Source of the DNA: Macrostomum lignano
Taxonomy: Eukaryota
Direction: 5' to 3'
Assembly: GCA_002269645.1 (NCBI GenBank)
Contig: NIVC01002851.1
Coordinates: 62,001-126,000, forward strand
DNA length: 64,000 bases
The notes under the pieces were generated by a model, which was not told where the DNA came from, made no database searches, and saw only the letters and a list, made by a program, of their open reading frames with translations. Shown in pieces: positions 11,787 through 24,166 of the stretch. Position 1 is the stretch's first letter, and every line of letters starts with the position of its first letter. The translations under genes and the position numbers were made by a program.

Positions 11787-14700
11787 ATGACCAGCGACGG
11801 CGACTCAATGGACGTTGACAGTGCTCAACCATCTTCGCCAAGGGCGCCGTCGCAGCAGCAGCCGCCCCCGCCTGAAGAAGCGGCGGCTACAGCGCAAGAA
11901 AAGCCCGAGGCAACATCGGCAACAACTTCAAAGAGTCGGAAAGAGAAAAAAGAAAAAAAGGAGAAGAAGGAGAAGAAAGAGAAGCGCGAGAAGAAGCGCC
12001 GCAATCGCAGCCGCAGCCGGAGCCGCAGTCGAGATCGCGACGCGGCGGACGGAAAACGCCGTCGTAAAGAAAAAGAAGCATCTAAGAAATCGAGCAGCGC
12101 CGACCAGCAGCAGGAGGCGGGGTCTGCTGCCGAGTCGTCGCAAAAGCAGAAGACAGCAGATGACGACAAGCAGGCGGCAAAGAAAGCCGGGCCGCTGAGT
12201 CTGGAAGAGGTGCTGGCCCGTAAGAAAGCTCTGGAAGCTGAGCAGGCCAAGCCGAAGTTTCTCACCAAGGAGGAGAGGGCGGCGGAAGCTTTGAAGAGGC
12301 GAGCGGAACAGGTGGAAATGATGCGGGCTCAGCAGTTGCAGGCGCAGCAGGACCAGCAGCTGGCGGACAGGCGGGATCGAGACCGAGACCGCGATCGGGA
12401 TCGGGACCGCGATCGGGATCGGGACCGCGACCGCGACCGTCGAGGAGATCGAGACCGGGACCGTGGTCGGGATCGTGATCGGGATCGTGATCGGGACCGG
12501 GATCGAGGCCGGGACCGGGGCGGAGTCGGAGACGCAGGGACGGACAGTCGCGTGTTGGAAGCGATTCGCGAGCGCTATTTGGGCGGCAAGAAGCCTAGAA
12601 AGAAGCAGCGCAGGCAGAACGAGCGAAAGTTTGTGTTCGAATGGGACGCCACAGAGGATACTAGTCAGGATTATAACAATTTGTATAAGGATAAGCACCA
12701 GGTGAATTTCAGCTTATTGTTAACTACGCTACATATCGGTAGTCAATTGAGAGTTGCAATTTTTGACGCCACCGCTGGTCCCACGTTCAACTGTCCAACC
12801 CGCCGCCCCATATATCACACCCCAGGTGCAATTATAATTGCTATATATAGCCATCCCGCCACCCCATATCACACCCCAGGTGCAACTATCGCTAACCCGC
12901 CACCCCATATCACACCCCAGGTGTAATTATCGCTAACCCGCCTCCCGATATCACACCCAGGTGCAATTATAGCCATCCCGCCACCCCATATCACACCCCA
13001 GGTGCAACTATTGCTAACCCGCCACCCCATATCACACCCCAGGTGTAATTATCGCTAACCCGCCTCCCGATATCACACCCCAGGTGTAATTATCGCTAAC
13101 CCGCCTCCCGATATCACACCCCAGGTGTAATTATCGCTAACCCGCCTCCCGATATCACACCCCAGGTGTAATTATCGCTAACCCGCCACCCCATATCACA
13201 CCCAGGTGCAATTATAGCCATCCCGCCACCCCATATCACACCCCAGGTGCAATTATCGCTAACCCGCCACCCCATATCACCCCATATCACACCCCAGGTG
13301 CAATTATAGCCATCCCGCCACCCCATATCACACCCCAGGTGCAATTATAGCCATCCCGCCACCCCATATCACACCCCAGGTGCAACTATCGCTAACCCGC
13401 CACCTCATATCACCCCATATCACACCCAGGTGCAATTATAGCCATCCCGCCACCCCATATCACACCCCAGGTGCAATTATCGCCAACCCGCCACCCCATA
13501 TCACACCCCAGGTGCAATTATCGCCAACCCGCCACCCCATATCACCCCATATCACACCCCAGGTGCAATTATCGCTAACCCGCCACCCCATATCACACCC
13601 CAGGTGCAACTATCGCTAACCCGCCACCTCATATCACCCCATATCACACCCCAGGTGCAATTATAGCCATCCCGCCACCCCATATCACACCCCAGGTGCA
13701 ATTATCGCCAACCCGCCACCCCATATCACCCCATATCACACCCCAGGTGCAATTATCGCTAACCCGCCACCCCATATCACACCCCAGGTGCAATTATCGC
13801 TAACCCGCCACCCCATATCACACCCCAGGTGCAACTATCGCTAACCCGCCACCTCATATCACCCCATATCACACCCCAGGTGCAATTATAGCCATCCCGC
13901 CACCCCATATCACACCCCAGGTGCAACTATCGCTAACCCGCCACCCCATATCACACACCCCAGGTGCAACTATCGCTAACCCGCCACCCCATATCACACC
14001 CCAGGTGCAATTATAGCCATCCCGCCACCCCATATCACACCCCAGGTGCAACTATTCGGCCGGGGTCACCTGGCCGGCATTGACGTGAAGACCCAGCGCA
14101 AGGAGATGGGCCGGTTCTACTCCAAGCTGCTGGAAGACCGCCGCTCGGACGCCCAGAAAGCTCAAGAGGAGAAGCGCCTCGATCATATCTTGAATCGCGA
14201 GGCCCGTCAAAAGTTCGACGATCGTCACTGGTCGGCCAAAGGCCTGGACGAGATGACCGAACGCGATTGGCGAATATTTCGCGAAGATTTCAGCATCTCA
14301 ACTAAGGGTGGCAAAATTCCCAGGCCGTTGCGCAACTGGTCAGAGGCCGGACTGCGCCGCGAACTCGTGGAGGTCATTGAGGCTGTTGGCTACAAGGAGC
14401 CGACCCCCGTGCAGCGGCAGGCTATTCCTATCGGCCTACAGAATCGCGATATTATTGGCGTAGCTGAGACCGGCTCGGGTAAAACCGCCGCCTTCTTAAT
14501 CCCTCTGCTTACCTGGATTATGAGTTTGCCGAAATTGGAACGAGCTGAAGACGCCGAGCAGGGTCCGTACGCTCTGATTATGGCGCCAACAAGAGAGCTG
14601 GCCCAGCAGATTGAGGAGGAGGCCTACAAATTTGGCCGGCCTTTAGGCATCAAGATTGTATCCGTGATCGGCGGTCTGAGCCGAGAGGAACAGGTTCGTT

Positions 14701-17217
14701 TACGGCTGGGTTTGCTCTACTTTTCACTGATCCCCATATCCCTACTCAATGATCCCATATCCCTACTTAATAATCCCATATCCCTACTCAATAATCCCAT
14801 ATCCCTACTCAATGATCCCATATCCCTACTCAATAATCCCATATCCCTACTCAATGATCCCATATCCCTACTCAATGATCCCATATCCCTACTCAATGAT
14901 CCCATATCCCTACTCAATGATCCCATATCCCTACTCAATGATCCCATATCCTTACTCAATAATCCCATATTCCTATTCAATAATCCCATATTCCTACTCA
15001 ATGATCCCATATCCCTACTCAATTATCCCATATCCTTACTCAATAATCCCATATTCCTATTCAATAATCCCATATTCCTACTCAATGATCCCATATCTCT
15101 ACTCAGTAATCCCATATCCCTACTCAATGATCCCATATCCCTACTCAATTACCTCATCCCCTATCTCATCTCTTTACACTATAATAATTTTTCTAAGAAA
15201 TCCATGCAGTTCAACACCTAGAATGGTGAAATCGCCGATTTCCCCATCCTCCAGGGCTTCAAGCTTCGCCAAGGCTGCGAGATTGTTGTCGCCACACCGG
15301 GCCGCCTGTTGGACGTCCTCGAGAATCGCTACCTAGTACTCGGCCAGTGCACCTACGTTATCCTAGACGAAGCCGACAAGATGATCAACATGGGATTCGA
15401 ACCCGAGGTGCAGAAAGTGCTCGAATACCTGCCAGTTAGCAACCAGAAGCCCGACACCGAAGCGGTCGAATCCGAAGATTTCTTAATGAGCAATTTTGCT
15501 ACTAAAAGAAAATTCCGTCAAACGGTGATGTTCACAGCGACAATGCCGCCTGCTGTAGAGCGACTCGCGCGGACCTATCTGCGCAGGCCTGCCATCGTGT
15601 ACATCGGCTCCATTGGCAAGCCGACCGAACGGGTGGAACAGACCGTCATCATGATGACTTCCGAGGATCAGAAACGAATCAAACTGCAGCAGATGCTCGA
15701 GCGAGGCATCGATCCGCCGATCATTATCTTTGTTAATCATAAGCGGGGCGCCGACTTGCTTACTAAGGGCCTGGAGAGAATGGGATATAATAGCGTAAGT
15801 CCGCCATAATCTTTACGATTCTCCTATGTACAACCCCAAGCTCCCTGCATAACAAGCTCCGTACACAACCCCAAGCTCCCTACACAACCCTAAGCTCCCT
15901 GCACAACCCCAAGCTCCCTGTACAACCCCAAGCTCCCTACACAACAAGCGCCCTACACAACCCCAAGCTCCCTGCAAAACACCAAGCTCCCTGCTCAACC
16001 CAAACTCCCTACACAACCCAAGCTCCCTGCACAACCCCAAACTCCCTACACAACCACACAACCCCAAGCTCCCTGCAAAACACCAAGCTCCCTGCACAAC
16101 CCCAAGCTTCCTACACAACACCAAGCTCCCTGCACAACCCCAAGCTCCCTGCACAACCCCAAACTCCCTGTACAACACCAAGCTCCCTACACAACCCCAA
16201 GCTTCCTGCACAACACCAAGCTCCCTGCAAAACCCCAAGCTCCCTGCACAACCCCAAGCTCCCTGTACAACACCAAGCTCCCTACATAACAAGCTCCGTA
16301 CGCAACCCCAAGATCCCTGCACAACAAGCTCCCTACACAACCCTAAGCTCCCTGCACAACCCCAAGCTCCCTGTACAACACCAAGCTCCCTATACAACAA
16401 GCTCCCTACACAACCCCAAGCTCACTCCAAAGCCCCAAGCTCCCTTTTAATTCCCAATGTTCCTGCAATTCCCCAAACTCCTTTCAATGCCCCAAGCACC
16501 CTGCAATTACCCAAGTTCCTTGCACATATCAAGCTCCCTGCTATTCCCCAAGTTCCTTGCACATATTAAGCTCCCTGTAATTCCCCAAGCTCCATGCAAT
16601 TCCACAAGTTCCTTGCACATATCAAGCTCCCTGCAATTCCACAAGTTCCTTGCACATATCAAGCTCCCTGCAATTCCACAAGTTCCTTGCACATATCAAG
16701 CTCCCTGCAATTCCATGAGTTCCCTGTACACATCAAGCTCCCTGCAATTCCCCAAGCTCCCAGCAATTCCAAAGTCTCGGCTACCTTAATTAGCGGTCTC
16801 ACTCTTCATCTTCCCCTCTCTCCCGCTCTCGCCTCGCAGGTCTCCCTTCACGGCGACAAAGGTCAGGAGCAGCGCGACTTCGCGTTGAGCAGTCTCAAAG
16901 CCGGCACAAAAGACATCCTTGTAGCCACCGACGTGGCCAGCCGCGGCATCGACATCAAGGACGTTTCGCTAGTGATCAACTACGACATGTCGAAGGACAT
17001 CCAGACCTACACGCATCGAATCGGTCGAACCGGTCGGGCAGGTAAAAATGGCAAAGCCGTCACCTTCCTGACTAAAGACGATTCCGGCGTGTTCTTTGAT
17101 TTGAAGGAGACTCTGTTGGCCTCGCCAGTGTCCACCTGTCCGCACGAGCTGGCCAGCCACCCGGATGCCCAGCAGAAACCCGGCACCGTGTCGCAGAAGA
17201 AGGGCGGCAAAGACTGA
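11787..17217 (+). CDS. DDX23: DEAD-box RNA helicase DDX23/PRP28 (U5 snRNP 100 kDa), ~826 aa
   Basis: Exons 11787-12701, 14046-14693, 15255-15794 and 16840-17217, all phase 0. RS/RD-rich N-terminus; [49 protein letters not shown] and [10 protein letters not shown] motifs. Confidence 0.97.
12797..14055 (+). repeat. 41-bp minisatellite containing the DDX23 exon-2 acceptor (CACACCCCAG|GTGCAACTAT)
   Basis: About 30 units; the last unit overlaps the first 10 nt of exon 2. Confidence 0.95.
14728..15150. repeat. 21-bp intronic minisatellite ATCCCATATCCCTACTCAATG
   Basis: DDX23 intron 2. Confidence 0.95.
15828..16770. repeat. Two adjacent intronic minisatellites sharing a CAAGCTCCCTG core (~19-bp unit, then ~35-bp unit)
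   Basis: DDX23 intron 3. Confidence 0.9.
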
Positions 17218-17374
17218 ATGAAAGCGATTTTAACCTGTGACTTGCTGGTTTTGTACTACTTATTACTGTCAGTAGTGTCCGTTCTTCTTAGTGGGATTAT
17301 CCTGGTTTTTGACAGATCACGTGGGGTGAAGTTATCTGGGTTTTAACTGTCCAATGGGGGGAGATTATTTATTT

Positions 17375-17750
17375 ATGGTGAGATTAATTGGGGTGTGATT
17401 ATCTAGCTATGGTGAGATTAATTGGAGTGAGATTATCTAGCTATCGTGAGATTAGGTGGTGTAGTGAGATTATCTAGCTATGGTGAGATTAATTAGGGTG
17501 AGATTATCTAGCTATGGTGAGATTAACTGGGGTGTGATTATCTAGCTATGGTGAGATTAGGTGGTGTAGTGAGATTATCTAGCTATGGTGAGATTAATTA
17601 GGGTGAGATTATCTAGCTATGGTGAGATTTACTGGGGTGAGATTATCTAGCTCTGGGGAGATTAATTAGGGTGAAATTATCTAGCTATGGTGAGATTAAT
17701 TGGAGTAAGATTATCCAGCTATGGTGAGATTAACTGGGGTGACATTATCT
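17375..17750. repeat. ~34-bp minisatellite GAGATTATCTAGCTATGGTGAGATTAATTGGGGT
   Basis: Tandem units downstream of DDX23. Confidence 0.9.
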
Positions 17751-18187
17751 ACGATTTGCTTTTCATTAGGAGCATCGCTAATTATTATTTATTGGTATCC
17801 AGAAACACGCAGGTTTGTAAAATTATTGACACGCTTTCTGACCTTTAATTTCTGCATTCTTGTTCAGTTTTATATTTATGTACGACATTACTTGGTAATA
17901 AGTAAATTTAACACTTATAATTATTGTGTTTTAAAATCCCGTGTAAACGTGTTTCACTGCCTACTGCAAGTAACTCATTTAAAATGTTTTTGTCTGCATG
18001 TTAAATAAATGCAACTGTGTTGCATTGCCTGACAACTTCCAGGCTTCATGGCGTTCAAAAATTGCGCTAATCAATAAAAAAGTATGCAAGTACTGTATAT
18101 AATATAAAAGTGTATAAAAAATATTGCGACTTTTCTTCGACTTCGTAAAATTTTATGGGTGAAAATTTCAAGATACGTCTTGTATCC

Positions 18188-18355
18188 AGAAACAGACATT
18201 TCTGGATGGACACTTCTGGACAGCAGACATTTCTGGATGGGAACTTCAGGACAGCAGACATTTCTGGATGGACACTTCTGGACAGCAGACATTTCTGGAT
18301 GGGAACTTCAGGACAGCAGACATTTCTGGATGGGAACTTCAGGACAGCAGACATT
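18188..18355. repeat. 31-bp minisatellite GACAGCAGACATTTCTGGATGGGAACTTCAG
   Basis: About 5 units. Confidence 0.9.
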
Positions 18356-18664
18356 TATCGATAAAAAACTTTCTGAAAGCAGAATTTTAGAATTGAAACT
18401 TCAGTAGTGACTTTTTATAGATGCTTTCTTTGCATCTGAGCTCAAATAAGCTTAATCCGCTGGCAATTAAACCGACTCAAATTTAGGTGTTTGACTGTCT
18501 ATGGCAAAGGTCGCATCTTGGTACAGTCGCTTTAAAAGTTATATTTGAAGACTGAGAGCTGCTTAGCTCCCACAAGGACAAAAATATACTGAAAACGTCT
18601 GCAGGACGCTTCGTGCACCGGTCCGGAAGCCACAAGGCCTGCAGCGGAGCCATCGGCAGCGGAA

Positions 18665-21600
18665 ATGTCGCACTTCGACGCCACCATGTACAACTGGCAC
18701 TACGGCGTGCTGCCCAAGACTGCCAAGCTCGCCTTCACCCCCGCCCAGACCTGCATTCTCAAGGACTATTTAGTAGTCCTGGACAGCAACATGGAGAATC
18801 TGTTCATCTTCAACCGGACCAACATGCAGCTGGAATCGCAGATTGGCACCGGAATCTGCGATCTGACAGTCTCCATCTTTCCGGTGTCTGAGGTGAGTCG
18901 CTTTGCCGCTGTGCGTTTGGCATGACTGCTTATGGTGGGATTCACACTGCACAGCTCACCCGATTAGAGTCAGGGACATTGTGCACTGCTACCCAGCTGA
19001 CCCGATATCAGTCAGGGACATTGTGCACTGCTACCCAGCTGACCCGATACCAGTCAGGGACATTGTGCACTGCTACCCAGCTGACCCGATTAGAGTCAGG
19101 GACATTGTGCACTGCTACCCAGCTGACCCGATTAGAGTCAGGGACATTGTGCACTGCTACCCAGCTGACCCGATATCAGTCAGGGACATTGTGCACTGCT
19201 ACCCAGCTGACCCGATATCAGTCAGGGACATTGTGCACTGCTACCCAGCTGACCCGATTAGAGTCAGGGACATTGTGCACTGCTACCCAGCTGACCCGAT
19301 ATCAGTCAGGGACATTGTGCACTGCTACCCAGCTGACCCGATTAGAGTCAGGGACATTGTGCACTGCTACCCAGCTGACCCGATTAGAGTCAGGGACATT
19401 GTGCACTGCTACCCAGCTGACCCGATATCAGTCAGGGACATTGTGCACTGCTACCCAGCTGACCCGATATCAGTCAGGGACATTGTGCACTGCTACCCAG
19501 CTGACCCGATATCAGTCAGGGACATTGTGCACTGCTACCCAGCTGACCCGATATCAGTCAGGGACATTGTGCACTGCTACCCAGCTGACCCGATATCAGT
19601 CAGGGACATTGTGCACTGCTACCCAGCTGACCCGATAACAGTCAGGGACATAGTGCACTGCTACCCAGCTGACCCGATAACAGTCAGGGACATTGTGCAC
19701 TGCTACCCAGCTGACCCGATATCAGTCAGGGACATTGTGCACTGCTACCCAGCTGACCCGATAACAGTCAGGGACATTGTGCACTGCTACCCAGCTGACC
19801 CGATAACAGTCGGGGACATTGTGCACTGCTACCCAGCTGACCCGATAACAGCCACCGCTCCCGCAGAACGAGTCCAACCTGATGGTGCTGGTCAGCGGCA
19901 GTCTGGTGCAGCTGCTCAACATGGCCAACATTCACATGGAGAGCGTGAACAACGTGTTCGAGTACAGCTTCGTGGAGATCAAGTGCCGCGATGGCAGCAT
20001 CGCCAGCCTGTGGACGGACCGCTGCGCCTCCAGCTACCTGGTGCTGTGGCTCAGCTGCAAGGACAATCCGCTCATCTACGAGCTCTTCGATGACAGCAGC
20101 CCGAAGATCGTGTTCGACAGGCTCGAGTGGGTCACGGCTGACCGCCTCCTGCTGGTTCGAGCTGGCAGCGTCCCCATCTGCTTCAGCGTCTTTAGCCTGG
20201 CCGCCAGGAGCTTCCTGAACCACGTGGTGATGAACATCGGCTGTGGACCGCAGCACTTTGCCATCTCCAGCAACAACAAGAGGCTGGTGCTGTGCCAGGA
20301 TGGCAACTTCATCGTGTACGACACGGGCAACCTGAAGCGGCTGCTGTGCTGCAAATGCGACTTGGCTGAGGACTCGATGGACTTTATTGGGCTCTTCCAG
20401 GTGAGTGTGGCTGGATTGAGCTCTTCCAGGTGAGAGTGGGGCTGGACTGGGCTCTTCCAGGTGAGAGTGGGGCTGGATTGAGCTCTTCCGGGTGAGTGTG
20501 GGACTGGATTGAGCTCTTCCAGGTGAGTCTGGGACTGAATTGAGCTCTTCCGGGTGAGTGTGGGACTGGATTGAGCTCTTCCATGTGAGTGTGGCTGGAT
20601 TGAGCTCTTCCATGTGAGTGTGGCTGGATTGAGCTCTTCCGGGTGAGTGTGGGACTGGATTGAGCTCTTCCAGGTGAGTCTGGGACTGGATTGAGCTCTT
20701 CCAGGTGAGTCTGGGACTGAATTGGGCTCTTCCAGGTGAGAGTGGGACTGGAATGGGCTCTTCCAGGTGAGAGTGGGGCTGGAATGGGCTCTTCCAGGTG
20801 AGTGTGGGGCTGGATTGGGCTCTTCCAGGTGAGAGTGGGACTGGAATGGGCTCTTCCAGGTGAGTGTGGGACTGGACTGGGCTCTTCCAGGTGAGTGTGG
20901 GGCTGGATTGGGCTCTTCCAGGTGAGAGTGGGGCTGGATTGATCTCTTCCAGGTGAGAGTGGGGCTGGATTGGGCTCTTCCAGGTGAGAGTGGGGCTGGA
21001 CTGGGCTCTTCCAGGTGAGAGTGGGGCTGGACTGGGCTCTTACAGGTGAAGCTGATCTGCGTTGAAAAAGTGTAAAACCCAAGGCAAGCACAGCGAGCAC
21101 TACTCAGACATGAATCTCACAGCAGAAGTCCCGCAACTCATCCCAAATGCAACTCGCCCTCTGCCCGACTGCAGAACAACTTCATGACAGTGGGTCAGCT
21201 GACGGGCCACAAAGTGGTTCGCTACTACATCAACGAGGAGTACTGCTCGGTGGACCGAGTCAACGAGGGCAAGGTGAGCTTCGAGAGCTACGACCGGTTC
21301 AAGTCGGTGCAGCCGATCGGAGACGAGCTTCTGGTGGTCCGCTGCACCAGCAGAGATCAGCGCAGCGTGGTTCTCGGCCTCATCAACCACTTTGACGGCA
21401 ACGTGTTCCAGTTTCTCAAGCTGCGACTCGGCGACATGCTCAGCCTCACGCAGAGCTGCCTGGTCACCTTTTCCAAGAAGTCGGCGGCTGATCGGCACTT
21501 CGAGCTCGCGCTGTTCGACTTCACCGCGCCAGCCGCCCCAGACGACCTGTGGCCGCGCCTCAAGCAGAAGCTGGCGGAGATTCGCAAGCACAAGAAGTCT

Positions 21601-22010
21601 CTGCAGGACTACTCAATCTCAAAGCAGAGGCACGTGCAACAGCTGATGCGGGCCAAGATGCTCGAGCTTAACAGGAGCCACCTGAATGAGCTCAAGCGAA
21701 TCGCCAAGAATCCCGTGTACATGTCTAAGGCTGCCGCTCAGGACGAGTCCGTGGTGACTGTGAGTTAGCTGAGAACTGCTGCTCTGTTGAGTCCTGTTGG
21801 GTTCTGTTGAGTCCTGTTGTTTAGGAACACGCAAGAAAGTTAAAGATTCCCATTTCTCTGCCCTGTGAGCAACTGTAACTGAGGTGCTGAGGCGCTGTGG
21901 AAGTCAACAAGTAGGAATTAACCACCTTTCCCTCGCTCTACCCCTCACAGAGCAGGCTCGTCTCTAACTCGCTGTCCGAGCAGTGCTCCGATGAAGAATG
22001 CCAGCCTCCT

Positions 22011-22043
<33 letters not shown>

Positions 22044-22304
22044 AAGCAGAGGCAGCAGCAGCACCAGCTGCACGCCATCTGGGAAAACTATTACCAGCGC
22101 TGCGGGGGGCTTCGCGACGGCGACATAGCCGCAGGGGCGGCAGCGGCGGCAGTTCAACAGCAGCAGGAGGCGCACAACAGCGGGAGAATCAGCTCAGACT
22201 TGAGCAAGCTCAGGCAGCTCGTCTCCGGCTCGACTGCGGCCACGCCGTGTCGAGAGCAGCGAAAGCAGCGAAAGGACAAGCAAGACAACCAGCTGCTGCA
22301 ATGA
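18665..22304 (+). CDS. Uncharacterised ~571-aa protein; putative beta-propeller (NHL/YVTN-like) with C-terminal coiled-coil and polyQ
   Basis: Exons 18665-18892, 19852 (or 19867)-20400, 21175-21759 and 21951-22304, all phase 0 with GT-AG and strong GC3 codon bias. Beta-strand-rich segments such as IGCGPQHFAISSNNKRLVLCQDGNFIVYD. The fold call is inference. Confidence 0.8.
18950..19851. repeat. 42-bp intronic minisatellite ending exactly at a candidate acceptor AG (19850-19851)
   Basis: About 21 units of CCCGATATCAGTCAGGGACATTGTGCACTGCTACCCAGCTGA. Confidence 0.97.
20387..21050 (+). repeat. 29-30-bp minisatellite made of exon end plus 5' splice site (TTGGGCTCTTCCAG|GTGAGTGTGGGCTGGA)
   Basis: About 22 units; the first unit is the real exon-2/intron-2 junction at 20400/20401. 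Confidence 0.97.
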
Positions 22305-23050
22305 ATGGCCTTGGATAAACAAAGTATCAGATAGTCAGTATTCATCCTTAGTCCAACTCACTGTGCGCACAAGGTTTCTACCTTGGTTAAAGTGCAGCTT
22401 ATTTGTTTGCCACGCACAGTATGACTTCGGAGTTTGAAACCTCATAGTTTCCGTTTAACAGCACTTTTGATTGTTAACCTGCATTAGAGCTGCATTTATC
22501 AATACAGAGCCGTGTCCTGTCAGTAAGGAGCCGCTCATTGCAATGATGAAGTTCCGTCCGTACTGACTAACTCAGCATCGTCTAACTCGTCATTGTAAAG
22601 CGATTCTATTTTTCATCACTACTATAATTGTTCAGATATTAATCCCTAATTAGTGATTCTATTAATCAGGTATTAATATCTAGTTAGTGATTTCATCACA
22701 TAGCATTAATTCTTAATTAAAATTTGTGATTCTACAATCCAGGTAAGAGCGTATCATCGTATCTATCCAAAAGTATTCAACTATAAATAAGAGATCAAGG
22801 ACATACAGCAGTATTATTTTTGAGAAAACATACACTAGTATTAGCCAATATAATGTTGGTACAGTTCTGCCGCAAATAGTAACCTTCGAGAGATTTATAG
22901 AAAAAGATAATTCAGACCAAGACAGAATGGCCTCATGGAATTTATCGATTTTTTGTCATTGTCTACAGAACCAGAGCAACGCAGATAAGCTGTCGAACTG
23001 ATCAACTCAAACACAAATTTAATCGTTATGAACGAGAATGTAAAATAATT

Positions 23051-24166
23051 TTAGCCACGAGCATAGAACTCTCCATCAACGGTGCTCAGAGCCTGCGGCA
23101 CCAGAGCGAACTTCAGCAGGTGGCAGAGCCGGGCCTGTCGGTTGAAAAGCACCGCCAGGCAGCTGCTAGCGGCGGTGTTGCACCTTTGAATGCAGCCGGC
23201 GATATTCGGAATGGCTTCCGTCCAGTAGGTGGCCTTCGAGTAGGAGCTGCTCACCACCAGCTGGGGCCGGCTCGGGTTCGGGCGGTACGACGAGCGGCAG
23301 CCGTTGTCTGCGGGAGATGGACGAGCAATGAGCAAGCGCAGCTGGAGTGCTTAATAAAATTCGTGAGATTTTGTAAGATTTACTGTATTTTCAGTTTTAG
23401 TATTCAAATAAAACACTAAAACGCTAAGGGCCTATCAACTTAAGCAATAAATGTAAGCCTCAACTACAAGTGACCAGTTTTCAGTGCCAACCCCTTCAAC
23501 TTGACCCAGGACTACTCCGAAGGGAGTTAAAAGTCCGACTCGACCCTTGCCCCCCTATGCTACGCCTGCTTCTAATGCACTAAGTGTAGATTCCAGATCA
23601 CCAAAGAATTGAATAAATTCCTATTCGAATTATACTGAGGTAATTTCTTAGAAAACGACCAAATCTCACCAGAACCGTAGCGCATAGCGAAGACCGAGTT
23701 GCGCCACGGTCCACCGCAGTTAATTGAAGCATTGCCTCCGCACGGTGTGTTGCAGTCTGAGTCCTCAGCCTGGCCATGGGATCCGTAGGACCGGCCGCAG
23801 AAGCACTCGATATTTGACTGCAGACCGAAGTGTGGGAAACCACCGAGAGAGCACACCTTGGCGCAGTAGTCTGGAGTCATTTCGGTGCCCTGTACCGCCA
23901 CGTAGATTTTTACCTGAAGTTTATTTTGGTTGGTTAATTAGTTAGTTTTTGATACTTGGCTTGTTTTATTTTAGTTAAATAGATATTTAGTTAGTCAGTT
24001 CACACTATACTCACCTCAAAGTCGGCCATCTGTTGGTCAGGCCGTTAAGATCGCGGTCAGCTGAGTCAACAAAGCAACCCAGGTAAGAATACTCATATGT
24101 CTTGTCTCCAAGGGCAACAGACGCCGCAAACGCAAGCGCTGCTCCCAGTCTCAGGACCAGCATCAT
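23051..24166 (-). pseudogene. WSC-PAN paralogue 1, frameshifted
   Basis: Exons 24166-24015, 23913-23670 and 23307-23051. Exon 1 is 152 nt versus 159 nt in the paralogues (7-nt deletion TGGTGAT on the + strand near 24031), which breaks the frame into exon 2. Confidence 0.8.

Noticed and set aside
18903-20093. 396-aa VRDIVHCYPADPI repeat ORF
   Set aside because: A 42-bp intronic minisatellite between phase-compatible exons; the real exon 2 is in another frame
23341-23349. ctccag|CTGCGC as the WSC-PAN exon-3 acceptor
   Set aside because: Phase-incompatible with exon 2; the downstream cccgcag|AC acceptor (23307) restores the PAN frame
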